Counted from the first letter of the stretch, positions 28,444-37,797 are shown. The stretch: DNA of 58,851 bases from Paracoccaceae bacterium (GCA_013139635.1 WTAL01000163.1:1-58851), one strand, 5' to 3'. Numbers and translations are program-made. Notes: generated from the sequence alone by a model not told the origin.

Positions 28444-30497
28444 CCAGCAGCATAAATTTTGACCCTATGTTTCCGCTGTGGCTACTTGGGGCGCTGGGCG
28501 CAGTGGCGCTTGTTTTACTGGCATTTTCGGCGTGGCGCGGGCTAAAGGGTTGGCCGCTGCGGGCGCTGGCGCTGGCCGCACTGGGGCTGGCTTTGCTCAA
28601 CCCGCTTTTACGCGAAGAAAACCGCTTGCCGGAGCGCGATGCGGTGGTGATCATCGTTGACGAAAGCTCATCTCAAAGCCTGACGGTACGGCCCGAGCAA
28701 ACCGCAAAATCCTTAGAGGATTTGCAGGATGCACTGGCCGCGCTGGCCAACCCGCCCGAGGTTTTACTGCGCCAAGTCGGCGATGCGGGCCGCGATGGCA
28801 CCTTGCTTGTGGAAGCCTTGCGAGAGGCGGCGGGGACGGTCTCGGCTGATCGCTTATCCGGCGTTTTCCTGATCACTGATGGCGTGGTCAATGATGCGGA
28901 TACGCCCTATTTCCCCAGCGCCCCCGTACATCAGCTCATGACCGGGGAAAGCCGCGATTGGGATCGGTCTATCACCGTTACCACCGCGCCCGCCTTTGGG
29001 ATTGTGGGGGAAGATGTGCAGCTTGTATTGCGGATTGAGGACAAGGGCGCGGCACCGGATAGTAACGAAAACGCGCGCGTTATTGCCACCATTGACGGCG
29101 GCACTGAGCAGGTGATTGACCTGCCGCTTAACCGTGATGTGCCGTTGAACCTGAGCATTGAGCATGCGGGCATTAACCTGCTTGAAGTGCGCACGCCCGA
29201 GCTGGCGGGTGAGCTAACGGGCCTTAATAACCGCACGATTTTGAGCGTAAACGGCGTGCGGGACCGCCTCCGCGTGCTGTTGATTTCGGGGGAGCCTTAC
29301 CCCGGCGAGCGCACGTGGCGCAACCTGCTTAAGGCCGATGCCGCGGTGGACCTTGTGCACTTCACCATTCTGCGCTCACCCGAAAAGCAAGACGGTGTGC
29401 CGTATGAAGAAATGTCGCTGATCGCCTTTCCAACGCAGGAATTGTTTACCGAAAAGATCAGTGATTTTGACCTCATCATCTTTGACCGCTTCCGGCGGCA
29501 AGGGGTGCTGCCGCAAATTTACATCGAAAATGTTGCTAATTATGTGCGGGGCGGCGGGGCGGTACTGATCGCGTCCGGCCCTTCATATGCCTCGGCTGAA
29601 AGCCTGTACCGCTCACCGCTAAGGGATATTTTGCCCGCTGCGCCTACGGGGCGGGTGATGGAAGAAGGCTTCCTGCCGAGGGTTTCCGAAATTGGCCGCC
29701 GGCATCCGGTAACGGAAGGGCTGGCAGGGCAGGGGCTTGACGGCAATGAGCCGAGCTGGGGCCGTTGGATGCGCCAAATCGAAGTTGAGCTAACGGGCGG
29801 AGATACGGTGATGGAGGGCATTGATGGGCGGCCATTGCTTGTGCTTTCGCGCGTGGTGCAAGGGCGGCTGGCGCTGCTGGCCTCTGATCAGGCATGGCTG
29901 TGGAGCCGTGGCTTTGAAGGCGGCGGACCGCAGCGCGAACTGCTACGCCGCTTGGCGCACTGGCTGATGAAAGAGCCGGAACTGGAGGAAAACGTGCTGC
30001 GGGCCTCGGCGCGGGGCATGGATGTGGTGGTTGAACGGCAAATGCTGAGTGGAGACGTCGGCGAGCTGACGGTGACCTCTCCCAGCGGCGAGGAACAGGT
30101 GCTTGGTTTTACCCAACTTTCTGAGGGCCGTTGGCAGCTTGGCTTTACAGCCGTGGAAAGCGGCGTATATCGGCTGTCTGAGGGCGATGCCCTGACGGTT
30201 GTGGCGACTGGCCCGGCAACCCCAGTTGAATTTGCGGCGCCGATTGCGACCGGGGCCTTGCTATCCCCGCTGGTGGATGGCTCGGGGGGGGGCGTATTTG
30301 CGCTGGAGCGCGGGCTGCCGAGCATTCGTGTGGTGCGCGAAGGCCGCCTTGCGGCAGGCCGTAGCTGGGCGGGCGTGGTGTCTCGTGGGGCGTATGTCGT
30401 GCAAGATGTGCGGCTTTTGCCATTGGCCAAGGGTTGGATTTACCTGCTGGCCGCGGCGTTTTTCAGCCTGCTGGCATGGCGGGTGGAAGGCCGATGA
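28440..30497 (+). CDS. membrane protein with a vWA-like MIDAS motif and a GATase1-like domain
   Basis: ATGA overlap with the upstream stop. Two N-terminal TM helices plus a C-terminal TM. VVIIVDESSSQS contains DxSxS. The middle region (RVLLISGEPYPGERTWRNLLKAD...FDLIIFDRF) resembles the class-I amidotransferase-like fold seen in Bat-type operons. Confidence 0.68.
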   Translation: MTSSINFDPMFPLWLLGALGAVALVLLAFSAWRGLKGWPLRALALAALGLALLNPLLREENRLPERDAVVIIVDESSSQSLTVRPEQTAKSLEDLQDALAALANPPEVLLRQVGDAGRDGTLLVEALREAAGTVSADRLSGVFLITDGVVNDADTPYFPSAPVHQLMTGESRDWDRSITVTTAPAFGIVGEDVQLVLRIEDKGAAPDSNENARVIATIDGGTEQVIDLPLNRDVPLNLSIEHAGINLLEVRTPELAGELTGLNNRTILSVNGVRDRLRVLLISGEPYPGERTWRNLLKADAAVDLVHFTILRSPEKQDGVPYEEMSLIAFPTQELFTEKISDFDLIIFDRFRRQGVLPQIYIENVANYVRGGGAVLIASGPSYASAESLYRSPLRDILPAAPTGRVMEEGFLPRVSEIGRRHPVTEGLAGQGLDGNEPSWGRWMRQIEVELTGGDTVMEGIDGRPLLVLSRVVQGRLALLASDQAWLWSRGFEGGGPQRELLRRLAHWLMKEPELEENVLRASARGMDVVVERQMLSGDVGELTVTSPSGEEQVLGFTQLSEGRWQLGFTAVESGVYRLSEGDALTVVATGPATPVEFAAPIATGALLSPLVDGSGGGVFALERGLPSIRVVREGRLAAGRSWAGVVSRGAYVVQDVRLLPLAKGWIYLLAAAFFSLLAWRVEGR

Positions 30498-30946
30498 TCG
30501 CCGTTGCCCAAACGCGCTTTGGGCGGCTGGGCGTTGAAAGTAATGGCCCGCATATTGTGGCCCTTCATTGGGACGCCGTGCCGCAAGGAAATGGCTCGGC
30601 GCTATTGGCTGAAGCCGTGGCACAGCTTGAGGCTTATGATGCAGGTAGGCTCACAGAATTTGATTTGCCGCTCGCGCCGAAAGGCTCGGATTTCCAAAAG
30701 CAGGTTTATGCTGCCATGTCGGCAATTCCCTATGGTGAAACCCTTACTTACGGCGAGATTGCCAAGGCGCTTGGGTGCCCGGCACAGCCCATTGGGCAGG
30801 CCTGCGGGGCTAATCCGATTCCCGTTATTATTCCGTGCCACCGTGTGCTTTCAAAAAACGGCATTGGCGGTTTTTCTGGCGCGGGTGGGGTCGAAGGCAA
30901 AATTGCGCTGCTCAAACATGAGAACGGGTTTCCATTTTTGTTATAA
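30494..30946 (+). CDS. ogt: methylated-DNA--protein-cysteine methyltransferase
   Basis: ATG 30494 makes an ATGA overlap with the upstream stop. FQKQVYAAMSAIPYGETLTYGEIA...NPIPVIIPCHRVL (PCHR active site). Confidence 0.88.
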   Translation: MIAVAQTRFGRLGVESNGPHIVALHWDAVPQGNGSALLAEAVAQLEAYDAGRLTEFDLPLAPKGSDFQKQVYAAMSAIPYGETLTYGEIAKALGCPAQPIGQACGANPIPVIIPCHRVLSKNGIGGFSGAGGVEGKIALLKHENGFPFLL

Positions 30947-30956
30947 TGGGACAGTT

Positions 30957-31022
30957 CTAGCCTCGCGCCTCCGCGGCGACCCTTCGGGCCACCTTGTCGG
31001 CGCGGGTCGTGCAAGCACGACC
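30957..31022 (-). repeat. intergenic repeat module M1 (inverted copy)
   Basis: The reverse complement matches 39822-39887 at 63 of 66 positions by hand alignment. Confidence 0.85.
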
Positions 31023-31111
31023 GAAAAGAGCCTAAACCGACATGAATTTGTCGGAAAAACGGAAACGCTCGGTAAAATTCCTGCCAAGATGACCAGAATC
31101 GCGAGGGTAAA

Positions 31112-32329
31112 ATGCGCCTACTCATTTCGTTTTCTGCACTATTTGCATCAATCTCGATGCTCCAGCTCAGTTCTGGTGCGATCGGCCCGCTAGATGTGCT
31201 TTCAGGCCTGCAAGAAGGCTTTAGTAATACCCAGATTGGCCTGCTTGGCTCAGCGCATTTTACCGGATTTTTTATCGGCTGCTGGTGGGCCCCGCGCCTG
31301 ATGGGGGAGGTCGGCCATGCCCGTGCGTTTGCGGCCTTTGCGGCTGCGGGTGCCATTGGGGCGATTGCACACCCATTGCTGATAGACCCTCTGGCTTGGG
31401 CGGCACTTAGAGTGATGACAGGCCTTTGCGTGGCTGGGTGCTATACGATTATTGAGGCATGGATGCAGGCCAAGCTGACCAACCAAAACCGGGGCCGCGT
31501 GATGGCCTCTTATCGCGTGGTGGATACGGTGGCCTCGGCCATGGCACAGCTGATGATCGGGGCATTGGCGCCCGCGAGTTATGTGTCCTATAACCTGCTG
31601 GCCATTCTTTGCTGCGCCTGCCTTTTTCCGCTTACGCTTACAAAACTGCAACAGCCAGCCACCCCCAAAGCCCCGCGCCTCCGGCCGCTCAAAACCATGC
31701 TGACATCTCCGCTTGGGGCTATGGGTGTGATTGTGGCGGGTGTTTCGGGTGCATCATTTCGGATGGTGGGGCCTATTTATGGCGGCGAAATTGGCCTCAC
31801 CGCTGTGCAAATAGGCTATTTTCTGGCCTCTGTGTTGGTGGGCGGGGCGCTGGCGCAGTTTCCGGTTGGTTTTCTGGCAGACAAATTTGACCGCCGTAAG
31901 GTGCTCATAGGCATTTCGGCGCTGGGCATTGCTGCCAGCTCGCTTTTGGCGGGCCTTAGCCCCTCAAACTTTACCCAAGTTGTCTTGTTGGCTCTGCTTT
32001 TTGGCGCCTTTGTCTATCCGGTTTTTTCGGTGTCTACGGCACATGCCAATGATTTTGCGACCGCCGAAAATATGGTGGAACTCAACGCGTCCTTGATGTT
32101 CCTTTATGGCATTGGTGCCATTTTCAGCCCGCTGCTGGCCTCGGCGCTTATTGAATATTTCGGGCCGTCAGCCCTGTTTGTTTTCATCGCGGCTGCGCAT
32201 GTTTTTCTGGTTGGTTTCGGCCTTTACCGCATGCTGGTGCGTGAGCCGCGCCTGCACAAAACCCGCTATGCTTATGTGCCGCGCACGTCCTTTACCATTG
32301 GCAAACTGATCCGTCGCAAGAAGCGCTAA
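31112..32329 (+). CDS. MFS transporter
   Basis: 405 aa and about 12 TM helices. MFS loop motif (FPVGFLADKFDRRKVL). Confidence 0.85.
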   Translation: MRLLISFSALFASISMLQLSSGAIGPLDVLSGLQEGFSNTQIGLLGSAHFTGFFIGCWWAPRLMGEVGHARAFAAFAAAGAIGAIAHPLLIDPLAWAALRVMTGLCVAGCYTIIEAWMQAKLTNQNRGRVMASYRVVDTVASAMAQLMIGALAPASYVSYNLLAILCCACLFPLTLTKLQQPATPKAPRLRPLKTMLTSPLGAMGVIVAGVSGASFRMVGPIYGGEIGLTAVQIGYFLASVLVGGALAQFPVGFLADKFDRRKVLIGISALGIAASSLLAGLSPSNFTQVVLLALLFGAFVYPVFSVSTAHANDFATAENMVELNASLMFLYGIGAIFSPLLASALIEYFGPSALFVFIAAAHVFLVGFGLYRMLVREPRLHKTRYAYVPRTSFTIGKLIRRKKR

Positions 32330-33315
32330 AACGGATAAACGGGTGCTGGGCCAATGGTGAAGGGGCCAATATTACTTTCACCGTTTTCAAAAACAATGGT
32401 GAATACAAGGTTTCCGCCACCTGCCGCCCCGTCAAGCGCCCGCTTTAGGGTTAAAAGCTCGGTGGTTGTTAGGTTGGAAACTTGCTTGAATACGTCCAGC
32501 AGCGGCTCCCAGTTTTTCACGTCAAACCTAAGGTCCCCCGCAACAAAGCCGTTGCTTCCTTTTTCGAGCGTGCCAGATATGGTAAGCTCTGAGGTGCCCC
32601 AAAGCAAAGTGCTTTGCTCAATTTCAGCGCGCACAGGCAGCGGGGGTTGCCCACTCTCTAAGGCGAGCCGGTCTATCTCGCGATCAAAATCAAGCAGGGC
32701 CGAAAGCTTAAAGCTCTCGATTGGGCCGCTGAAAATGCTGCCGCCCCCCAAGCGCCTAGTTAAACTTTGCGGCGGCTCAATGTCTGCAAGGTCAATTCCG
32801 AGCCGGTACCGCGTGGCCATATCTTCATCTTGAAAGACAGCGCCATTAAGCTGGCCAATGCTGGCAGGCCCGAGCTTTTCGCTCTCAATATCCAGGTTTT
32901 CCCCTTCGATCTGAAACCGAGAGAGCGGCAGGTTGGTGGAAGGGGACACAACCAAGGACGCGCGGAGCAATTCAGCAATAATATCAATGCTACCCTCGGG
33001 GGTTTCTAGCTCCTGCTTGCCGGGCCATGCCATGATAATATGGTTAAGCTGGTAGGAGAGCGCTTTTATCTGAAATTCTTCTCCGCGCCAGCCCCAGCGC
33101 CCGCTTGGGTCACGAAAGTTCAGGTCTGTTAGGGTGGTGTCAAACCGGTTGGGAAAACCTGAAACACCAAGGTTCCGGCTCTCGGCTGTCCAGCCTTGGT
33201 CGCGGCCTTCGGTGAGCAGATCAACATATATCTTTTCTTGTGCGCGTGCGCCAAAATACCAATAGCCGCTCCAAAGTGCGGCTGCCAGAAACACGAATTT
33301 GAACATCCATTTCAT
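32326..33315 (-). CDS. DUF2125-like secreted/anchored protein
   Basis: 329 aa. N-terminal anchor MKWMFKFVFLAAALWSGYWYFGA. GFPNRFDTTLTDLNF fits my memory of DUF2125. Confidence 0.68.
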   Translation of the reverse strand: MKWMFKFVFLAAALWSGYWYFGARAQEKIYVDLLTEGRDQGWTAESRNLGVSGFPNRFDTTLTDLNFRDPSGRWGWRGEEFQIKALSYQLNHIIMAWPGKQELETPEGSIDIIAELLRASLVVSPSTNLPLSRFQIEGENLDIESEKLGPASIGQLNGAVFQDEDMATRYRLGIDLADIEPPQSLTRRLGGGSIFSGPIESFKLSALLDFDREIDRLALESGQPPLPVRAEIEQSTLLWGTSELTISGTLEKGSNGFVAGDLRFDVKNWEPLLDVFKQVSNLTTTELLTLKRALDGAAGGGNLVFTIVFENGESNIGPFTIGPAPVYPF

Positions 33316-33371
33316 TTTGGGCTCCTATATTTTGGTTTATCGGCGTATACCACAAAAAACAGAAGGTTACT

Positions 33372-33908
33372 ATGCAATACGAAAACGGTATTTGGATATT
33401 TGGATACGGGTCCCTGATCTGGAATCCGGGTTTTGAGTTTGAGGCCAAACAACGCGCGACCCTAACGGGGTTTAACCGCGCGTTTTGTTTGTGGTCTGTG
33501 CATTACCGTGGCAATGAAAAGCAGCCCGGATTGGTGCTCGGGTTGGACCCAGCGCAGGGCGTGCAATGTGAGGGCGTGGCATATTTTGTGGATGCTAAAG
33601 CCGCTGAGCAGGTCCACATGTATTTACAAAAGCGCGAGCTTGTATCTTATGCGTATCATGAACGGCTTGAAACGCTCACTCTTAATGACGGGCAAAAGGT
33701 GCAGGCCATTTGCTATATCGTAGACCCTGACCACAGCCAATATGCGGGTGGGCTTAGCCTGAAAGAGCAAGCGCAGGTTATCAAATCAGCCAAAGGGTCG
33801 GCAGGGGAAAACCTGGAATACCTTTGCAATACGGCGGCTCACCTAAAAACATTGGGCATTGAAGACCCTGAAATAGATAGGCTGTTACAGATGTCGACAT
33901 CTGATTGA
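33372..33908 (+). CDS. ChaC-family gamma-glutamylcyclotransferase
   Basis: IWIFGYGSLIWNPGFEF opening, PGLVLGLD and ERELVSYAYHE are typical of ChaC. Confidence 0.85.
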   Translation: MQYENGIWIFGYGSLIWNPGFEFEAKQRATLTGFNRAFCLWSVHYRGNEKQPGLVLGLDPAQGVQCEGVAYFVDAKAAEQVHMYLQKRELVSYAYHERLETLTLNDGQKVQAICYIVDPDHSQYAGGLSLKEQAQVIKSAKGSAGENLEYLCNTAAHLKTLGIEDPEIDRLLQMSTSD

Positions 33909-33952
33909 AGATCGTACAGGAAACTTAGAGGCAGGCTTGTGTGGCTCAGCCT

Positions 33953-34978
33953 CTAGTTTGATAAGTGTTGGTTAACAATTCCAAACCACTCACCCGAAAT
34001 CAGAATTTCTTTCAAGCCTGCGTTTGCCATTTTCAAGACCTCAATCGCCGCTGGATTTTGGCTATAGGCAACCGCGTGAAGCGTGGTTATTTGGGCAAAT
34101 GCCGGAATATCCGTTAATTGGCTATCAGGCGAAACGATGGATCCAAAACTTTGATAATCCGCTAGCATCGCGTCGTAATTACCGGTTTCCAGCCCTGCGA
34201 GGCAGCTTCGGAAATCTGGGGAGAGCACAATGGTGGCGCTGGTTTCCGCAATGCCGTTTTGGCCCAATAAATCTGCCGTATGGAATTGAGGAACACAAAT
34301 TGTTTTGCCCGCAAAGCTGCGCGCGGTTTGTGCGGTTGCAAGTGGGCTATCGGCAGGTGTGAAAATCCCGAGCGTTATCTCATAAAGCGGGTTGGAGAAT
34401 GTGTAATTGTTACACATGTAAATCGACTGAGGCGAGAGCGAAGCGGCATCACCACAATCAGGCATTGTCCAAGGGAAGGAAAGCAGCGCATTGGGCTCTA
34501 TCGAAATCTGCAAAACGTCCGAAATACCATTTGGGCGCGCAATACTCAGCGAGTCCTGATACCCTCCGGCGCGCAATGCGGCGCCAAGAATGTCAGGGAT
34601 AATGCCTGAACTATCATGGTTGATAAACGGGGTTTCGCCGGCTTTAGCCAAAAACCGCGGTTCAACAGTTTGCGTGGCTTCAGGCACCGGGCTGACCAGC
34701 GCCAGAAAGGCAGTAGGTTGAGGAATTTGTATATTCTCCCGACAGGGAATCGATAATTCCATACCAATTTCGATAGAATTCGGATTTTCGCCGATCGTGC
34801 TCGCGTTGGCTTCAAAAAGAATAGGCGAATACTCGCGCGAGCCATAGTATCGCTCTGAGATCAACCTTAAGGTGTCTCCTGGGACAACCGAATACGTATC
34901 ACAAAAGTCAGAGGCTTTGGCTGCACTGCTTGCAGCTACCAACGCACTAAGACCATAGAAAACCATAGCTTTTAACAT
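33953..34978 (-). CDS. secreted LysM-domain protein with a solute-binding-protein-like C-terminal region
   Basis: Signal peptide. LysM motif (YSVVPGDTLRLISERYYGSREYSPILFEAN...IEIGMELSIP). The remainder resembles a periplasmic binding fold. Lower GC than the flanks. Confidence 0.65.
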   Translation of the reverse strand: MLKAMVFYGLSALVAASSAAKASDFCDTYSVVPGDTLRLISERYYGSREYSPILFEANASTIGENPNSIEIGMELSIPCRENIQIPQPTAFLALVSPVPEATQTVEPRFLAKAGETPFINHDSSGIIPDILGAALRAGGYQDSLSIARPNGISDVLQISIEPNALLSFPWTMPDCGDAASLSPQSIYMCNNYTFSNPLYEITLGIFTPADSPLATAQTARSFAGKTICVPQFHTADLLGQNGIAETSATIVLSPDFRSCLAGLETGNYDAMLADYQSFGSIVSPDSQLTDIPAFAQITTLHAVAYSQNPAAIEVLKMANAGLKEILISGEWFGIVNQHLSN

Positions 34979-35040
34979 GTTGCACCATTAAATAGTTACT
35001 TTACATGGGTAATATAACATGTTTTGTTAAATAATTCAAT

Positions 35041-35505
35041 TCATGAATTGTTAACGATTGCGCGTAGGTTAACGCCAGCAGCATCTGTGACCGTGACGTG
35101 CTGGCCTTCTTCCGGCGCGTGGGTCTCCCAGGTTGTGGGCCACTGAACGCCGTCAATTTCCACCTTACCTTGCGAGCCGCTTACGCTCAGCACCTTGGCC
35201 TCGCGCCCGATCAGGCTTTTGCCACGGGCGTTTAGTGTCGTTTGCGGCTCATCTTGCTCAACCCGCGCCATCAGCGCGCGGCCACCAAAGAGCAGCGCGA
35301 TTGAAAGCGCGGCAAATATTGCGATCAGCGCTTGCCCCGAAAATCCGGGGGCGAGCCACGCCAGTACCGCCATGCCTACCGCGGCAAGGCCGGGCCAGAT
35401 CATAATAAAGCTGGGCGCGAGGATCTCCACCGCGATCAGCATTATGCCAAGTGCCAGCCACAACCACGGGCTGGCCTCAGAGACCCAAATGAAAAACTCA
35501 GCCAT
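35041..35505 (-). CDS. NfeD-family membrane protein
   Basis: 154 aa with 3-4 TM helices, then a C-terminal OB-like domain (GREAKVLSVSGSQGKVEIDGVQWP). It directly abuts the SPFH gene with no gap. Confidence 0.8.
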   Translation of the reverse strand: MAEFFIWVSEASPWLWLALGIMLIAVEILAPSFIMIWPGLAAVGMAVLAWLAPGFSGQALIAIFAALSIALLFGGRALMARVEQDEPQTTLNARGKSLIGREAKVLSVSGSQGKVEIDGVQWPTTWETHAPEEGQHVTVTDAAGVNLRAIVNNS

Positions 35506-36447
35506 CTATTTGTCCTTTCCGGTAACCGCCTTGGCGATATCGGCAATGCCGGCAATAGAGCCAAGCAGGCCGGTGGCCTCCAGCGGAATCATCACGGTTT
35601 TGCTGTTTGGCGAGCCCGCAATATCGCGCAAAGCTTCGGTGTATTTATTGGCCACAAAGTAGTTGATCGCCTGAATGTCACCCTCGGCAATCGCTTTAGA
35701 AACCATCTCTGTCGCCCGCGCTTCGGCCTCAGCCGAACGCTCCCGCGCCTCCGCATCGCGAAACGCCGCTTCCTTACGGCCCTCGGCCTCCAGAATTTGC
35801 GATTCCCGCTCGCCCTCGGCCATCAGAATGGCAGATTGCTTGCTACCTTCGGCTTGCAAAATATCAGCCCGCTTGGTCCGCTCGGCCTTCATCTGCCGCG
35901 CCATCGCTTCGTTAATGTCTGGCGGTGGCGCAAGGTCTTTGATCTCTACGCGCGTAACTTTTACGCCCCAGCTATGGGAGGCTTCATCAATCACGCTGAG
36001 CAGGCGGTGGTTAATGCTATCACGGTTGGAGAGGCTTTCATCAAGGTCCATCGAGCCGATCACGGCACGAATATTGGTCATCGAAAGGTTACGCAAAGCC
36101 CGCTCAAGGTCGCGCACCTCATAAGAGGCCTGCGCGGCATCTACCACTTGGTAAAACGCAATCGCGTCGGCCACCACCATCACGTTGTCTTTGGTAATCA
36201 CTTCTTGCGAGTGAATATCCAGCACGGTTTCCATCATGTTCACTTTAGCGCCCACTTTATCAACGATCGGCACCAAAAAGCGCAAGCCCGGTGAGAGCGT
36301 GCGGGTATATCGCCCAAAGCGCTCCACCGTCCATTCCTCGCCCTGTGGAATGGTTTTTACCGTCATCCAAATAAGGATAATCGCGAATACCAAGAGCGCT
36401 ATGGCCGGTGCGCCAGTGGTTGTTAGCAGGTCTACAAGCTCGTTCAT
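35506..36447 (-). CDS. SPFH/band-7 (stomatin-like) protein
   Basis: N-terminal TM helix. SPFH core (VERFGRYTRTLSPGLRFLVPIVDK...TKDNVMVVADAIAFYQV...). C-terminal AEAEA-rich coiled coil. Confidence 0.92.
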   Translation of the reverse strand: MNELVDLLTTTGAPAIALLVFAIILIWMTVKTIPQGEEWTVERFGRYTRTLSPGLRFLVPIVDKVGAKVNMMETVLDIHSQEVITKDNVMVVADAIAFYQVVDAAQASYEVRDLERALRNLSMTNIRAVIGSMDLDESLSNRDSINHRLLSVIDEASHSWGVKVTRVEIKDLAPPPDINEAMARQMKAERTKRADILQAEGSKQSAILMAEGERESQILEAEGRKEAAFRDAEARERSAEAEARATEMVSKAIAEGDIQAINYFVANKYTEALRDIAGSPNSKTVMIPLEATGLLGSIAGIADIAKAVTGKDK

Positions 36448-36615
36448 AACGACTCCAAAAGTTGTAAAATATCAATTCGTGTGCACAACATATAGGCATG
36501 TTCACGCTCAAATTGAAGGGTTTTTCCCACTTGCTTTGTGTTATTCACTGGCTAAATGTCAAATTGAGTGCTGTAATGCGCTATTGTTATGCGTGTTCAG
36601 GAGCAAAGACGCTGT

Positions 36616-37797
36616 ATGAAACTAGAGATCGACTTTAAGCACGAGCCATCCTTTACCAGACCAACCCGACAAGCCATGATCATGCTGATCATTTTGGTTT
36701 TGGTGGCCATTGGCGGGGTCGCGATGTTCCCGTCTATGTCGGACGTATTTCTGGTGTCCCCGTGGCTAAACGGGGTTATTATCGCGGTGTTTGTCATCGG
36801 CGTGATGGCCTGTTTTTACCAAATCCTCACGCTTTTGGTCGCCGTGCGCTGGATCAAAGGCTTTGTGATGGATATCCCGGGCCACGAATTTGTGCGCTCT
36901 CCCCGCATTCTTGCCACGCTAGAAGCGCTATTGCGTGATAGCCGCGCCCGCAAATCGCTCACCTCCACCTCTAGCCGCTCTATTCTTGATTCGGTTGGCA
37001 CAAGGCTAGATGAGCTGCGCGATATCACCCGCTATATTGCTAGCCTGCTGATTTTCCTCGGCCTGCTCGGCACGTTTTATGGCTTGGCCACCACCGTGCC
37101 AGCTGTGGTTGACACCATTAAAAGCCTTGCGCCGCAAGAGGGGCAATCGGCGTCTGAGACCTTCAAAAACCTGATGAACGGGCTGGAAGACCAGCTCGGC
37201 GGCATGGGCACGGCCTTTGCGTCGTCGCTTTTGGGCCTCGCTGGCTCGTTGGTGGTGGGCTTGCTTGAGCTTTTTGCTTCCCACGGGCAAAACCGGTTTT
37301 ATATGGAACTGGAGGAATGGCTGTCCTCGATCACCACGCTGAGCTTGGTGGGGGACGGCGAAGGCGGGGCAGGGGGCACTGATCTTTCGGCGCTTTATGG
37401 CTTCATGGAGCAAACCGCGATGCAGATCGAAACGCTCAAGGATGTTACCTTGCGCGGCGAGGAATCCCGCCAGAAAACGGATGCGTCACTCGGCCAGCTG
37501 GCCACGGCGGTGAGCGCCATGGCCAGTAATACGGGCGGGGCAGGGATTGACGAAGAGGTGTTTGAGCGCATCGCCGCCTCGCAGTCAGAAATGACGCGAA
37601 TTTTGCGCGACCGCGAAGAAAGCGCGGGCCTGCTGGATAGCGAAGCCCGCTCGCGCCTGCGCAATATTGATGTGCAGCTTTTGCGGGTGCTGGAGGAAAT
37701 GTCGGCTGGCAGGCAAGAAAGCATTGCTGATCTGCGCGCAGACCTTGCGCAACTGGCGCAAAGCATTTTGGCGCTGGCCAACACGCGGGGCAGCTAA
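36616..37797 (+). CDS. MotA/ExbB/TolQ-like channel subunit with a C-terminal helical tail
   Basis: Two N-terminal TM helices, a cytoplasmic insert, then LIFLGLLGTFYGL...GGMGTAFASSLLGLAGSLVVGLLELF (MotA_ExbB-type TM pair) and a tail of about 150 aa. The alternative start is ATG 36589. Confidence 0.65.
   Translation: MKLEIDFKHEPSFTRPTRQAMIMLIILVLVAIGGVAMFPSMSDVFLVSPWLNGVIIAVFVIGVMACFYQILTLLVAVRWIKGFVMDIPGHEFVRSPRILATLEALLRDSRARKSLTSTSSRSILDSVGTRLDELRDITRYIASLLIFLGLLGTFYGLATTVPAVVDTIKSLAPQEGQSASETFKNLMNGLEDQLGGMGTAFASSLLGLAGSLVVGLLELFASHGQNRFYMELEEWLSSITTLSLVGDGEGGAGGTDLSALYGFMEQTAMQIETLKDVTLRGEESRQKTDASLGQLATAVSAMASNTGGAGIDEEVFERIAASQSEMTRILRDREESAGLLDSEARSRLRNIDVQLLRVLEEMSAGRQESIADLRADLAQLAQSILALANTRGS

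Noticed and set aside
30504-31193. 229-aa plus-strand ORF spanning ogt, the M1 repeat and the MFS start
   Set aside because: It is out of frame with ogt (which has the PCHR active site) and runs through a non-coding repeat. It is not credible as a gene.
33909-33952. Bidirectional terminator between the ChaC and LysM genes
   Set aside because: tagaggc...gcctcta can pair (7 bp), but the loop is 16 nt and there is no T or A run. This is too weak to call.
35332-36294. 320-aa plus-strand ORF over the SPFH gene
   Set aside because: It is an Arg/His/Gly-rich shadow. The minus-strand frame is a clear stomatin/SPFH protein.
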